Assembly (NCBI GenBank): GCA_001662655.1
Contig: KV460232.1
Direction: 5' to 3' (one strand)
Source: Pseudogymnoascus verrucosus
Lineage: Eukaryota
DNA: 20,000 nt
Shown: in pieces, positions 1 through 11,926 of the stretch
Layout of the letters: the number at the start of each line of letters is the position of its first letter
Numbering within the stretch: position 1 is the first letter of the stretch
The notes under the pieces: generated by a model
Told to the model about the DNA's origin: nothing
The model's database searches: none
What the model saw: the letters and a program-made list of their open reading frames with translations, nothing else
Program-made: the position numbers and the translations under genes

Positions 1-419
1 ATCCCGCTGGCGGAGATGTATACCCTGGTCGAGGACACGCGGGTGCGTATGGAGGAGGCGGGGTTGATTGGCGACAGCGACAGCCATCCGGTTAAGGACG
101 TTGTTGGGTATGGACACATGGGTGATTCGAATTTGCACCTTAATGTCTCGGTTAGGAGATACGATAAAGCGGTTGAGAAGGCGCTGGAGCCTTGGGTGTA
201 TGAGTGGATTGAGAAGAGGTCGGGGAGTATTAGTGCAGAGCATGGGTTGGGGCTGGCGAAGAAGAAGTATATTGGGTATAGTAGGAGTGAGACTATGATT
301 GGGCTGATGAAGCAAGTTAAGAATCTGTATGATCCGGTAAGTCTATGTTTTCCCCGAGGCTTGATGAGATTGCTAACGGGGAGTAGAATGGGATTATGAA
401 CCCGTATAAGTATATATAA
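1..419 (+). CDS. DLD2: 3' end of FAD-linked oxidase, D-lactate/D-2-hydroxyglutarate dehydrogenase (DLD2-like); exons <1..336 and 387..419
   Basis: Motifs GYGHMGDSNLHLN and GSISAEHGLG of the FAD-oxidase C-terminal domain. Intron 337..386 (GTAAGT, GCTAAC branch, TAG) restores the typical ending YDP-NGIMNPYKYI* (TAA 417..419). Confidence 0.9.
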
Positions 420-659
420 GCACCTAAGTTCGCCTCGACTCAATGAGAGCACGCGGCTGTATATACCCCTTAGCATCTGTTGTAAAACCAAAAGTATTTG
501 GCTTGCTGATAGTTAGAATATTACTATTAAATCGGTGCAAATTAAGGCGGTGCAAAATCATGAATACAATCTAGATCTAACTCCGATATCCTTCTATCCA
601 ATAGCCAATCTATAACCAACTATTGGTATTTTACCAATCCACATCTATCTCTCCGCCCT

Positions 660-1928
660 CTAAATCTTCGTCTCCCCCCCCAAGAACCCCCCCAAAACAA
701 CAGCCTGCAACAACTGATTCGCAATCGCCGTATGCCCCGGCAACCTCAAATCGCCCTCCTTCCTCCCCTCTCCCGGCGCCTCATCCAACCCACTTGTCCC
801 CGTCTTCAGCGCCACCCTCACCGTCTCGAAATCGAACCACTTCGCCTGCTCCAACTCAGGATCATGCTCGAGATTAATCTCCTCCCCCCCCTTCACCGCC
901 TGCCCAATCGCGCCAATCATCAAGTTCGCCGGATACGGCCACGGCTGTGAACTATGCACCACCACTCTCCCAACCCTCACCCCGCTCTCTTCCCACACCT
1001 CCCTCCGTACCGCCTCCTCCACGCTCTCCGCTGGCTCGCAGAAGCCGGCAAGAGTACTATACCAGTCGGTAGGCCAGCGTTTTTGGCGGCCTAAGAGCAC
1101 TTTCGTGCCGTCGTGGGAGATCACTGCCATGATGACTGTGGGGTCGGTGCGGGGAAAGGAGAGGTTAGAGACTACGCCGCGGGTGGCGCAGGGGCCGCGG
1201 GCGGAGGCGCCAGGGGCGAGGTCGGCGGTGGGACAGACGCGCTTGGTGCCTGCGTGGACGGAAAGGGTGGGCTGGCCGCAGCCGGAGCAGAAGGGGTTGC
1301 GGGCGTTCCAGTCGAGAAGGGCGCGGGCTTGGGCGAAGATGGCGGCTGGGGGGTATTAGTGAGGTCTGTGGGGGATGGGAGAGGGGGTGGTACCATCTGA
1401 AGCGTTGAGTGTCATGGCGCTTCGGCCTTGGAGGAAGATCAAATTCTTCGCCTTTAGGGTTTCAATGACCCCCTTTGCGGCCTCCTCATGCGAGCCCTTC
1501 GGTGTGATATCCACCGCGAAGTAAGGAACTCCCTTATATGCCTTATACTCAAACCCCTCATGTCTCTTATCATTGATACCCAAGAACAAGATCAACGGCG
1601 AAGCCACCTTACTATTATACGCCTCAATCATCTCCGCCTCCGTCTTCGCAAACGGGTTCTCCCCAATCACCGCACTGAGATCAGCATGGCTCACATACGC
1701 GAGGTTCGCGGCATCGCGGGCAGCCGGGGCGAGGTCGTCGACGGCCACAAAGGCGGTGCTGTGGTGCGTGAGGGCGGCGGCCAGGAAGGCGTGGTCGGTG
1801 CGGAGGAAGGAGAGGCGGTTGAGGGGGGAGCCGGAGAAGTAGTTTTGGACCTCGGGCCCGAATTTGCGGGTTAGCATTGAGTCGAGGAGTTCGGGGGCGG
1901 CGAGGGGTAGGTCGGGTTGGGCCGGCAT
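660..1928 (-). CDS. NPY1: NADH pyrophosphatase (Nudix, NPY1/NudC family), ~406 aa; exons 1928..1394 and 1345..660
   Basis: Nudix box GFCEPAESVEEAVRREVWEESGV, SQPWPYPANLM motif, zinc-ribbon-like FCSGCG, FPRTDPTVIMAV, N-terminal NYFSGSPLNRLSFLR. Intron 1393..1346 (GTACCA, CTAAT branch, CAG) joins the two frames. Confidence 0.93.
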
Positions 1929-2626
1929 TGAGGGATTGGGGGGAGGCGATGAGGTCGAGGGGTGGGTTTGAAGGAGATACTGGGGATGGAGATATATATG
2001 AATCTGAACTGGGCAAGGATAGAAGAAGGTTTGCCGATAAGGAGAATAGATAGAGTTGCGTCGGGCCAAGTGTTGGCGAAAGTGTGGGGTAAGGCAGCCC
2101 CGCGTTCTATTTCTTAAGTTGACCCTCGGCGCGATTTGTAATCAAAGACGTGCTGGCAGTGCAGCATGGAATGATAGCAAGGTTTGGGATCTTGAGGGGG
2201 GAAGTGCAATATAGCAAAGCAATCAACCTCGATACATTTTTAAAATAAAGAAATACTCGAATACCTTCTAAGATACGACAAAGGAAACAAATCTGATAGC
2301 TCTTCGAACCCTGGAGGGATTGACAAGCGCTTTCGGGGCGATAAGATCCACTATCAGCATGTGACCTTACTTGTGGAACCATCCTCACTGGGACGAGCGA
2401 GACAGTGTCGGTTACCGCCACATATTTAAGCCTTTCTTTGCCCTTCATTCCATCCTATCAACTCCAATAGCTGGGGAAACACCAGATTTCTCTTGTCCAG
2501 CTTCATTCTGGTTATTTCTATGCGGAGGGAATACGCAGTCCCTACATTACCCCAGCATAGGTGCCACGACAGACCGCACGCGAGACTCGGAAATGCCCAC
2601 GTGACTCATCATCGAACGACAACACC

Positions 2627-3713
2627 ATGGTCCCACCGTCTCAAAGCCTCAATCTAGACGCAGAGGCTATCAGTGGTATCCTGGGGTCGATATCTATTGC
2701 ATGTTGGGTCACGTAAGCCGTATCATCCTCCGTCACCCTCGCAGTCACTAACACATGCCAGTGTTTTCACACCCCAGATCCTCGAGAACTTCCGCCGTGC
2801 AAGCGCCGAGTCTCTATCCCTGGAATTCATAGTCATATGGAGTCTAGGTGACCTCTTCAATGTCTTCGGCGGCATCCTACAAGGCGTTCTGCCTACGATG
2901 CTCATCCTGGCCGTATATTACGTCCTAGCTGACGTCGTCCTCATCTGGCAATGTCTGTACTACCGCGGCGTTCCCTCGCAGGAAGACTCCCCCACGCCGC
3001 CCTCCGAGAGTCAGCCGCAAGCTGAACCCAATGGGCGCCGTCCCAGCGGTCCCTCGCGCCGATCCAGCGTAGTGGACGCAACGCACCTCTCCCCGGCCAC
3101 CCCGTTGGCAGAGCCCACCAAGCCCAGCAGGCGACGCTCGACACCCCTGCAGACAGCCCTGCTGAACCTGCTCGCAGTCTTCATGGTTGCGGGCGCTGGG
3201 GTGTTCGGGTGGTGGGTGAGCACCGGGTCTCAGCGTGGGCCACAGAACCACGACCATGGGCACGGCCCGGCGCCACCGCACCGTGAAAAGGGGGAGCTGC
3301 CTTTGGATCCCCTGGGCCAGGCGTTCGGCTACGGCTGCATGGTGATGTATCTCGGGTCGCGAGTGCCGCAGCTAATACTGAACTGGCGGCGGCAGTCGAC
3401 GGATGGCCTGTCGGGGATGTTCTTCCTGTTTGCGTGTCTGGGAAATGTGACGTATTTCCTGTCGATTTTGGCGTATGAGCCGGCCTGTGTGAGGGAGGAG
3501 GCGGGGTGTGAGGAGGGCGAGGCGAGCAGGGTTTATGGGAGGTATCTGCTGGTTAACCTGTCATGGTTGATAGGGAGCATTGGGTGCTTGGTATTTGATT
3601 TTGGGATCTTATTGCAGTTCATTCGATACAGCGAGGCCAATGAGCTGGTCACTGCGAGTGAGGGGGAGAGGAGGCCGTTACTGGACGGGACTGATCCAAG
3701 GGAAGAGCGATGA
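2627..3713 (+). CDS. PQ-loop repeat vacuolar membrane protein (Ypq/PQLC2-like cationic amino acid transporter), ~345 aa; exons 2627..2712 and 2762..3713
   Basis: Spliced N-terminus EAISGILGSISIACWVTVFTPQILENFRR, second PQ motif SRVPQLILNWRRQSTDGLS, hydrophobic helices, C-terminal ERRPLL dileucine-like signal. Intron 2713..2761 (GTAAGC, ACTAAC, CAG). Confidence 0.9.
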
Positions 3714-5505
3714 TGAGAGATGTGTGTCTCTCCTTGCTGCGGAAACACGGGATATTTCTAGACATCCAACTTCAGAGATGCTGGCTGGATCCACGAGAAC
3801 TGATTTGTCTGATAATGAATATGTATCATATACCGGGCGAGTTATTGCGATGTGTCTGACAATGCATCGGTGATAATCGCCGTCTGACTGACACGGGCGA
3901 TTTCATGCACAGCCCCATGAATCAGGCACCCGGTTTTTTTGAGACCTGCTGGTAGCGATCGAGTCGAGTTACCTCAGCGATAGTTACCTCCCCTCCTTCC
4001 TTGGCTCTCATGTAGTACCTACGACACGGCATCGGACGAGCAGCAGTATCGGGAAACGAGTAAAGTGTTCGGGGTGCGCAGACATGCATAAGCGTCTTGT
4101 GTACTATCCTGTGTACTATGGGTAGAGCAATGTGCGGTCGTGGGGTGTTTCGGGGTCGCCGAAGTCATGTGAGGAACGACGCGAGTTGGTTGGCGGGCGC
4201 GTATCTTGATACGGTTCTAGAATAGAAGGGGATATCATATTGCTGCCTGGAGGGGAAAGTGGGATAATACAAGCCCGATTTTTGCAAAGTATACTTTTTC
4301 GTATTCTTGGCTTGTGAAACAGAAACAGAACCTGTTATTTCTGATGTGGTGGTGGTGGTGGTGATGAACGGAATGAGCCAGAGCAAGAATTCAGGTAATC
4401 GGCTGGTGCTCTCCTATAAGGCGTAAAAGACAGCTATAGTGGTGGACAGAGGGTGGTCAGAGTGCTGGTGGGTGGCAGACTTGGCAGCTAATTTAGGGGA
4501 CGTGGGGAGGGGATGATGGTGCAATTAGAGCCAGTAACAGAGTTATCCCGCCGGCGCATCGGCCGCATGCTGTCTGTACCACCCGTAGATTACCGCCATC
4601 TGGTGTGTATCTAGTGGAATCTAGTGTATCTCTCAAGTACCAAGCCCCGTAAGGCTGAGCAAGCTGGACACCTAAAACTGCTGATCAGCGGTGTTGATCA
4701 GCGTACAAATAGTCGCCATAAAAGCCCTGAGAGGAAAAGAAAAACACGGCGACATTGAAAACCCGCCCCGCCGCCAATAGGACAAGCGGCCCAGATATCT
4801 GGTGTGGTACCTGGAAGCTACAAACTTCAAAAAACTTGGTCCCCATAATGCGGTATAATGCGGTGGCCTTGCGCCCTTCCGCCCCTCTTCCCACCCCTTC
4901 CCAACCCTTCCCAACACCCTTCCAACCCTTCAAAATACTCGTTAAACGGCCATCCCGGCGCTAGAGTCCTGCACCTCTTGCACCTCCTGCACCTCTCCTC
5001 CCCCAAAACCTCACCACCACCCACCTACCCACCTCCCCCAATCTCAAATATGCAGCCCTACGGACCAAAACGGACATTCATAGGTTAGGGATGACGAAGG
5101 GGGGGCCATCTTACCCGTTGCCTCCTAGTCCTAGTCACTGCGAGTTAGGAGTACTTCGGCGGGTTTATATCCTGCCAGTACCTACCTCGGAGCCAGCAGC
5201 AAGCACCCTTGGTCGTTATTTAACATTACAATTACACTACATTACACATCATCCCCGGCATTCCTCACAGAAACCAAATATTTTTTCTCTGATATATCTG
5301 TCGTTGCTGGTCGATCACCGCCAGCAGCTGTCCTAATCTTTATCCCGGACGTCGTATCTCATCATCTTTTCATTCATATTCCTCGTCCTATCTACTACAT
5401 CATCGTTGTTTTGTGTTCACCGTGTGCCCGGTTCCGTGAGATAACTACCCAAGCCCCCCTATCCCCCCGCCGTCCACAACTGGTTGGCAAATACAGGCAT
5501 GTATC

Positions 5506-7891
5506 ATGGTGTATGTCCTCTATCAGCCCTCATTCTTCACAACCAAGCTCTGTATTAACCAGCCCATGCAGTGGCGTTCCCGGCAAATTCAAAGGTTGCA
5601 ACACCTGCCGCACTCGCCGAGTCAAGGTTGGATTCCCTTTTCCAACTTCTGTATCGTCAACAGTATGCTAACAATGCACAGTGTGACAATGCTCGGCCAA
5701 AATGCCAGAAGTGCGTCGCTTCTGGCAGGGAGTGTGGAGGTTATGAGAGGCAGATGATATTCATCGTTGGCACGACCAACGAGCGCGGTCGGTGTATGTT
5801 GAGCTCCCCCGCTATCCCGCTAGCCGTCCTGACTTCTAGAAAGGCAGCAGTCACCCGCACCGCTCTATCCTGACAGCGAAGCAGAAGATGGAGAAAGAGA
5901 AGGAAAGGGAGAGGGAAAGGGAAAGAGAGCTGTCAAGGCCGCAGGTTGATTGGCAGAGCCATAGTGAGGGAGAACATTCTTCAACGCTTCCTCCGACGCC
6001 GACGCCTATCAATGGCACTCCAACCCCTGAGATCTCGTGTGCTTTCTTACACTCGCCGTCTCTATCTCTCAATCCGTCTTTCGAAGCTGAAGGAGAGGCA
6101 TTTTCTTTGCCAGGGCTCACTCACTCTCTGCCCGAGTTTAGTGACCCGGATTCGACTCGCGAGTTCTCTCTGCATGCTTACTCATTCGTACGAGAGCCGG
6201 AGGCAACGCATCGGTCACGCCCAGCCGATGGAGATGTTAATCCACGAGCGAGAAAGAAGGCCCATCTAGAAGTTGACACATACTCGACATCAAGAAATGG
6301 CCACGCCGAGCCTGTAACGACCCTCCTCTTTGTCTATAACGTAAATTAACCACCCAGCTTCTCCTGAACCATCTAACACATCCACAGTCAACAGGAGCAC
6401 CCGCTGGAGAGGCCGGTCCTTTCCACTGCCTCCACGGTGGCACCTCATCCGAGATAAAATCCCGCGACCCCTCATCCTTCCAAAAATTCCCCGCCCACCA
6501 ATTCTTCGCAAACCTCTACAGACCCTTCGCCGTACGTCCCGTCCCGTCCCCATATCCCAGCCCACCACCCCCCCCACTAACCAACCCAGTGCTTCGACGC
6601 AATGTCCCGCCGCCAAGCCACCTTCCTCGCCCGCCCCGAATGGTGCGCCGCGCCCTGGGAAGACATCCCCAAAACCGCCATGGACCGCCTCCTCGACATC
6701 CAAGTCATGCTCCCCGGCATCTTCGAGCGCGCTAGACGCACAGAGGCGTTCCCTCCCTCCGCTTACAGGAGGTTAAAAGCTAAAGACCTGCTTGACAACT
6801 GCACCCGCCTCGATAAGAGTTTCGAGGAGTGGTACAGCGATTTAAAATCCCAGTCCGACGGCCCACTCTACTGGACCGTCGACGCCGCACACTCCTTCAA
6901 CCCGAAACACCGCAACGAGCTCAACGCCCTCTTCCCCACCGCCCTCGAGTTCATCGACATCAACACCGCCCTCCTCCACCTTAACTACTGGGCCGCCCTC
7001 TGCCTCTTCTACCAAACCATCCAGCAAGTCCAGCAGAACTGCATGGAAGTCGCCCCCTCCCCCCCCGCACGCTCATCCTACACCCCTCCCGTGCCCGCAC
7101 ACTCTACCTACTCCCCGCCCAGCACGCGTGCGTTCGCGGAGGCGGGGGGGTACATGGGGTCTAGCCCTTCGTACTCTACGCCCTCCCCGCACGCATCCGT
7201 TTCCCCGGCGGCGGATTTGTATAACCCCGCGCCGTATGAACAGAGTACCTATGCTGCTCAACAGGCCTACCCGACTTACCAGCGAAACGGCGCGTATCAG
7301 GCAGCGCAGACATACACGACTACTTCATCACTCTCATCCACCTACCCCGCGACCGCGCACCCGAATCTGGGGTATACACTCCCCACGCCAACACCGCTTT
7401 ACCCAACGAATCCCTACGACCTCTCTGAGCCCTTCCTCTTCACCACCACCCCGCCTGACGTGTATCAAAACCCGTCCTCCCTCGCGTCGCTTAACCCGTC
7501 GGTGGCGGCGGGTTCATTCCCTTTCTACCTCGCCCCTCACTCCCTGTCCTCCCCGCAACAACACCCACCACACCAGACACACCAACGCGTGCCCTCACCC
7601 ACCCCACCACCACTAGACCAGAAATTCTCGGCCCAAGCAACAGGGGAGCTAGCGAGGAGGATTGGGATGGGAATTCTTTATGTGCTACGCAGGGGGGGCG
7701 CGGGGGAAGGGGTGGCCTGGCCGCTGAGGTGTGTGGGGGAGGTGTTTGGGGGGGAGGGGTGGGTTGAGGGGGTGCGGTGGTGTGGGGAGGTTGGGAGGGT
7801 TGTTAGGGGGATGGGGTTGGAGAGGGGGGTGGGTGGGTTGGAGAGGGAGAGGTGGAGGGTTGTTGGGGGGGAGGAGGAGGGGGAGGAGTAG
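5506..7891 (+). CDS. Zn(II)2Cys6 fungal transcription factor, ~704 aa; exons 5506..5510, 5572..5626, 5682..5793, 5844..6340, 6388..6531, 6590..7891
   Basis: Spliced N-terminus MVGVPGKFKGCNTCRTRRVKCDNARPKCQKCVASGRECGGY is a canonical six-Cys binuclear cluster. Five GT-AG introns with branch sites keep the frame. Downstream FLARPEW..PW segment resembles fungal TF middle regions; P/S/Y-rich C-terminal part. Confidence 0.85.
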
Positions 7892-10037
7892 TGTGGGGTG
7901 TGGGGGAGGGGTAGGTGGGGGTTGAGGGAAAGAATGGGGGTGTACGATATATCATAATTTTGGTGGGAGTTTAGGGGGGTGGAGAGGGGAATGGAGAGGG
8001 GGGTCTAAGCATAGCTTGGTCGCGTTGAGCGCGAATGCAAAAATGAAAATGAAATCATCTGATATAATACAACAATCACTCTACCGTTTCGACTCTACTA
8101 ATTATGCCAAAATTATACGTGATAGCAGATCAACAAGTCAAGAAAAATCCATTCAAATTCAATAGAAGGTCAATTATAATCCCCTCCCTTTTATATACGC
8201 CTTATTTTATATAACTAGGAAAAAATTTAATAATTTAATAGGTTTATTTAGTTCCGTATCCCTTCCATAGGAAATTAGAATAAGAATAAGGATAGGCCAC
8301 CCCTCGTACGAAAGGAGCTGCGTATACAATCAACCTATGGTTCACCCATTGTTTATGTGTGCCTAATATCAAATATAACGTTATAACTACGTTCATCGTT
8401 CTATCCCATCCTACCTCTCAATCCAGGAAGAATTTAAATAATCATCATCACTTCCACAACAGCATACACCACAACCTACACCACATCCCACATCCCACCC
8501 CCCCCATTACCCCCATTACTCAGCAACTCACCTCCCAATCAATCCACTCACCCCCCTCTTCCCCCCCATAAATGGCAGAAAAGATCCACACTCCCTCAAA
8601 AACCAGTCGCGTACATCTCCGTATCACGTGCACCCAAAACGCGAAATCACATGACACCCACCCTGTCTCCTACCTAATCCAGCCTAGTCCCTCTCCCTCC
8701 GTTCCTTCCACATCCCCTAGCTCTACAGTACCTAGCTCCCTCCCCAATTTCGCGGAAGTGCAAAACAAAATGCCAAGACCGAGCGACATACAAGCCCGCA
8801 GCACGCCCCCCCCTTGTCTAACCGACCGGTAGTACTGGAGGTATCCAGGCATGTGTCTTGTCACTTTACTGACTGGACTGGGACTCTGGTACTCTGGACT
8901 GATCCATCAGTGGAGATGTGGCGGCGGCGGGTACGGTGAGGTGAGGTGAGGGTAAGGTAAGGTCGTATGCGGGGAAGTTCAAGTCAAACTCGAGGTCGGA
9001 GTCACAAGAGATGGGGAAGTTTTAGTTGGGAACGGACTGCTGTACTGCCGTAGCGACGCTGGGGATTGGTCTGGGTCTGGACTGCGGGCGAGGGGGGGGG
9101 GTGGAAATGGCCCGATTGAAATGTTTTTGGGGGGGAGGGATTGGGTTAGCGTGGAAGGGGTGGAAGTGGTTAGTAAGGGAAAGGGTGTGTTTGGATGGTT
9201 GTTTGTTTGGTACGGTAGGGGAAGGGGAGGGGGAGGGGATGAAAACGAATGATGGGGGAGGGCACGTGATGGGGTGTGTTTGTTGGTGGTTGTCACAAGA
9301 GCAGGAAGGTAGAGTATGGAGATGGGGAAGGGGAGGGAGAGGTGTGATTTGTATTTTTGGGTGTTCTCGTGTTGTTGTGTTGTGACTGTGGGATGCGATA
9401 TGGTGTATATACATAGATACGATACTGAAGGTGATCTAAGCTGAGCTGGCGGTATCGTATCGTATCGTATCTTACGATGCTACTCTATCTCACGATCCTC
9501 CTCACGATCCTCCTCAATGCCGAACTCCATATCGTCGCCGGTATCACCACTATCACAAGCCTCCTACCACCTCGTACATCCCTCCCTCCCTCGCGTGGTA
9601 GTATACCAACACCACAACGCGTGAGTAGTCTTCCAACCAACACCACACAGCCAACACCACCACACCCCCCAGCACGAGCACGACCGGCAATCACCCCCTC
9701 CGTGCCGACACAACGCCCACTCCTTCCCCCCGACACGCCCACTCCTCACTCCCGAACCCACCACAGCAAGCCACAGCCTCAACGTTACTACCGACCCCCT
9801 ACTAGCGTGTCCTGCACCCGGCACGCCACACGTCAGCCCGTATCCTACGTTACGGAAGGTTATTTTGGGGTGTAGGGGGGGGGTGGGTGTGTGTACTGGG
9901 TACTTGGAGATGGGATCTGCAACGTGATGGGATGGGATGCAACGAAGGCGCGGTTAGGGGAGGGGGTTAGGCGGTAGTGGTCGGTTGGTTGGTTCGGCGG
10001 TTCGGTTTAGCGGAGAGGCGTGGGGACGTGGTGGATG

Positions 10038-10190
10038 GGGAGATAGTGAGATAGGGAGATAGGGTGCTGGTAGGAGATGGGATGGGAGATGGGATGGGAG
10101 ATAGATGGGAGATAGATGGGAGATAGATGGGATTGTGGATGAAGGGGATAGTTGAAGCTGGGATGGTAGTGATGGGATGGGATGGGATGG
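10038..10190. repeat. Low-complexity tandem repeats (GGGAGATAGAT, GGGAT units)
   Basis: Directly visible imperfect tandem units in the intergenic spacer. Confidence 0.7.
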
Positions 10191-10579
10191 TTGATGCTGG
10201 GTGGGTACGTTGCAATTGTGTACCGGAGAAGATTGCCGGCAGGGAGATGGAGTCGGAACACCGATTCAAGTACAGTGGCTGCATGTACAGCAGTTATTAC
10301 AGTTTGCTTGCTGTGCTGCCATGTACACCTATCGCACACTTCCTGCACATCTGCCATATCTGCCACATCTGCCACAGTTACATAAAGTATGCTCGCTACC
10401 GCACAATTCCATCTCCACCTCCTCTATCAGAAGACAAGGTACACAGTACAACCCACCACCAGACTCCCACCACCACCACAACACACCCGAATGCAACCAG
10501 CAACTCACAAGTGCCCTACCAAGCAACAAGCCTCGCCGCATCCAGCTAATCAACAAACGTCGCTTAGTCGAATCTCGAG

Positions 10580-10609
10580 GCTAGGGGAGCTAGGGGCTAG
10601 GGGCTAGGG
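10580..10609. repeat. Short tandem repeat (GGGGCTA)n
   Basis: gctaggggagctaggggctaggggctaggg seen directly. Confidence 0.6.
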
Positions 10610-10767
10610 TCGGTCGTGTGCATTCGTGCTACCTTCCTTCCGCTCTCACGCTGCCCACCACTGAGTGTCTGTATCCCTTTCCGCGCTTCATCATCCCCAC
10701 TGACTAGATGAAACGGGGTACTTCTGTCATCACCCACTTCGCTACTGGATGCTAAGTACTGGAGTAG

Positions 10768-10807
10768 GGGGATAACTGGGGATAACTGAGGATTACTGGG
10801 GATAACA
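10768..10807. repeat. 10-bp tandem repeat GGGGATAACT, ~4 copies
   Basis: ggggataact ggggataact gaggattact ggggataaca. Confidence 0.7.
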
Positions 10808-11401
10808 AGGGGTCGGCTAGCAACTTAGGCTTAGGTAGATGCTACCGAGGCGTTATCAAGGTGTTCTCTTCTTCTACTACTCTACTACTGAGGGAACAGA
10901 GATTGTCTCTCACGTGCCCCTCTCCACACCCTTACCACACCCTCCACAATCCTTCTCTCTCTCCCTCCCCCACAAAGCTTCGTTTGGGTACATACGGCCG
11001 AGGGAGGGTATGTATGTACTGTAGTATGTACTTGTGGTGCTGTGGTACATTGCCAGATGTGCTATGTTACTGTACTGTATACTGTATTATTACTCTGCAG
11101 TATGCGCCTGTGAGTCTGTCTCTCCCTTTCCTTTCTCTCTTCACAATTCCTAAGTCACAGTCTCTTCATTCTTCCCTTTCTCCCTTCTTCCTCCCCTCCC
11201 CTCATCTCCACCTCCTCTTTCTCCTCTTTCTCTCCACAAACTTCACCTCCACATCACGTCCCTCCGTCTCTCCGTCCTCCTCCCTCCACTACAACCTTCA
11301 AACCAAACCAACCCCATGCATAAACGCCTCAATACGCCCATACCCGCACCCATACCCATCCCCCATCCACATCCGCCACTTGCCCCAGAATACAACACAA
11401 G

Positions 11402-11552
11402 CTACTACTACTACTACACGCCAATCCCGCCCGTTGATGTACGCCGATACCTCCACACTACTACTTCCACTACTACTTTCACTACTCCCTTCTCACACTA
11501 CTACTCTACTCCTCTACTACCCTACTACTCTACTGACTAACTCTACTACTAT
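11402..11552. repeat. Imperfect (CTA)n microsatellite tract
   Basis: Repeated ctactacta runs upstream of the MFS gene. Confidence 0.65.
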
Positions 11553-11926
11553 ACATAGAATAGTACGGGTAGTACTACCGTATCCTCGCTCTTATTCCAT
11601 CTACCCTCGCCCCTCGCGAACCACTGATCCACCTTCATCCACTCTGTCCACCTCCACACCCCCCCTACGCCCCCAATCCACCTCTCCACAACATCACCCT
11701 AACTCGCCGTAAACTGCTCTAGGTAAGGTAAGACACCCTGCAGACGTGCCATCCCAGATAACACCCCTGCTTCCACACCCCCAAGCTTATCTCCTCCTTC
11801 CCGCCTTCACTTTTCTATATCATCCCTACCTCCCCCTTACCACCGACGCCCTTCTCTCTCCAAACCGACCTGAGTCGCCAACTCCACCCCCACCAACCTT
11901 GGATCGACAATTCTCCTTCCAAAGCC

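Noticed and set aside
4165..5336. Short ORFs upstream of the transcription factor
   Set aside because: Promoter-type sequence with simple repeats (GGT, CCAACCCTT); no coding signal.
8359..11712. Many ORFs in the spacer, including the 283-aa ORF at 10861..11712
   Set aside because: They arise from low-complexity skewed sequence and microsatellites; no domain or convincing gene structure.
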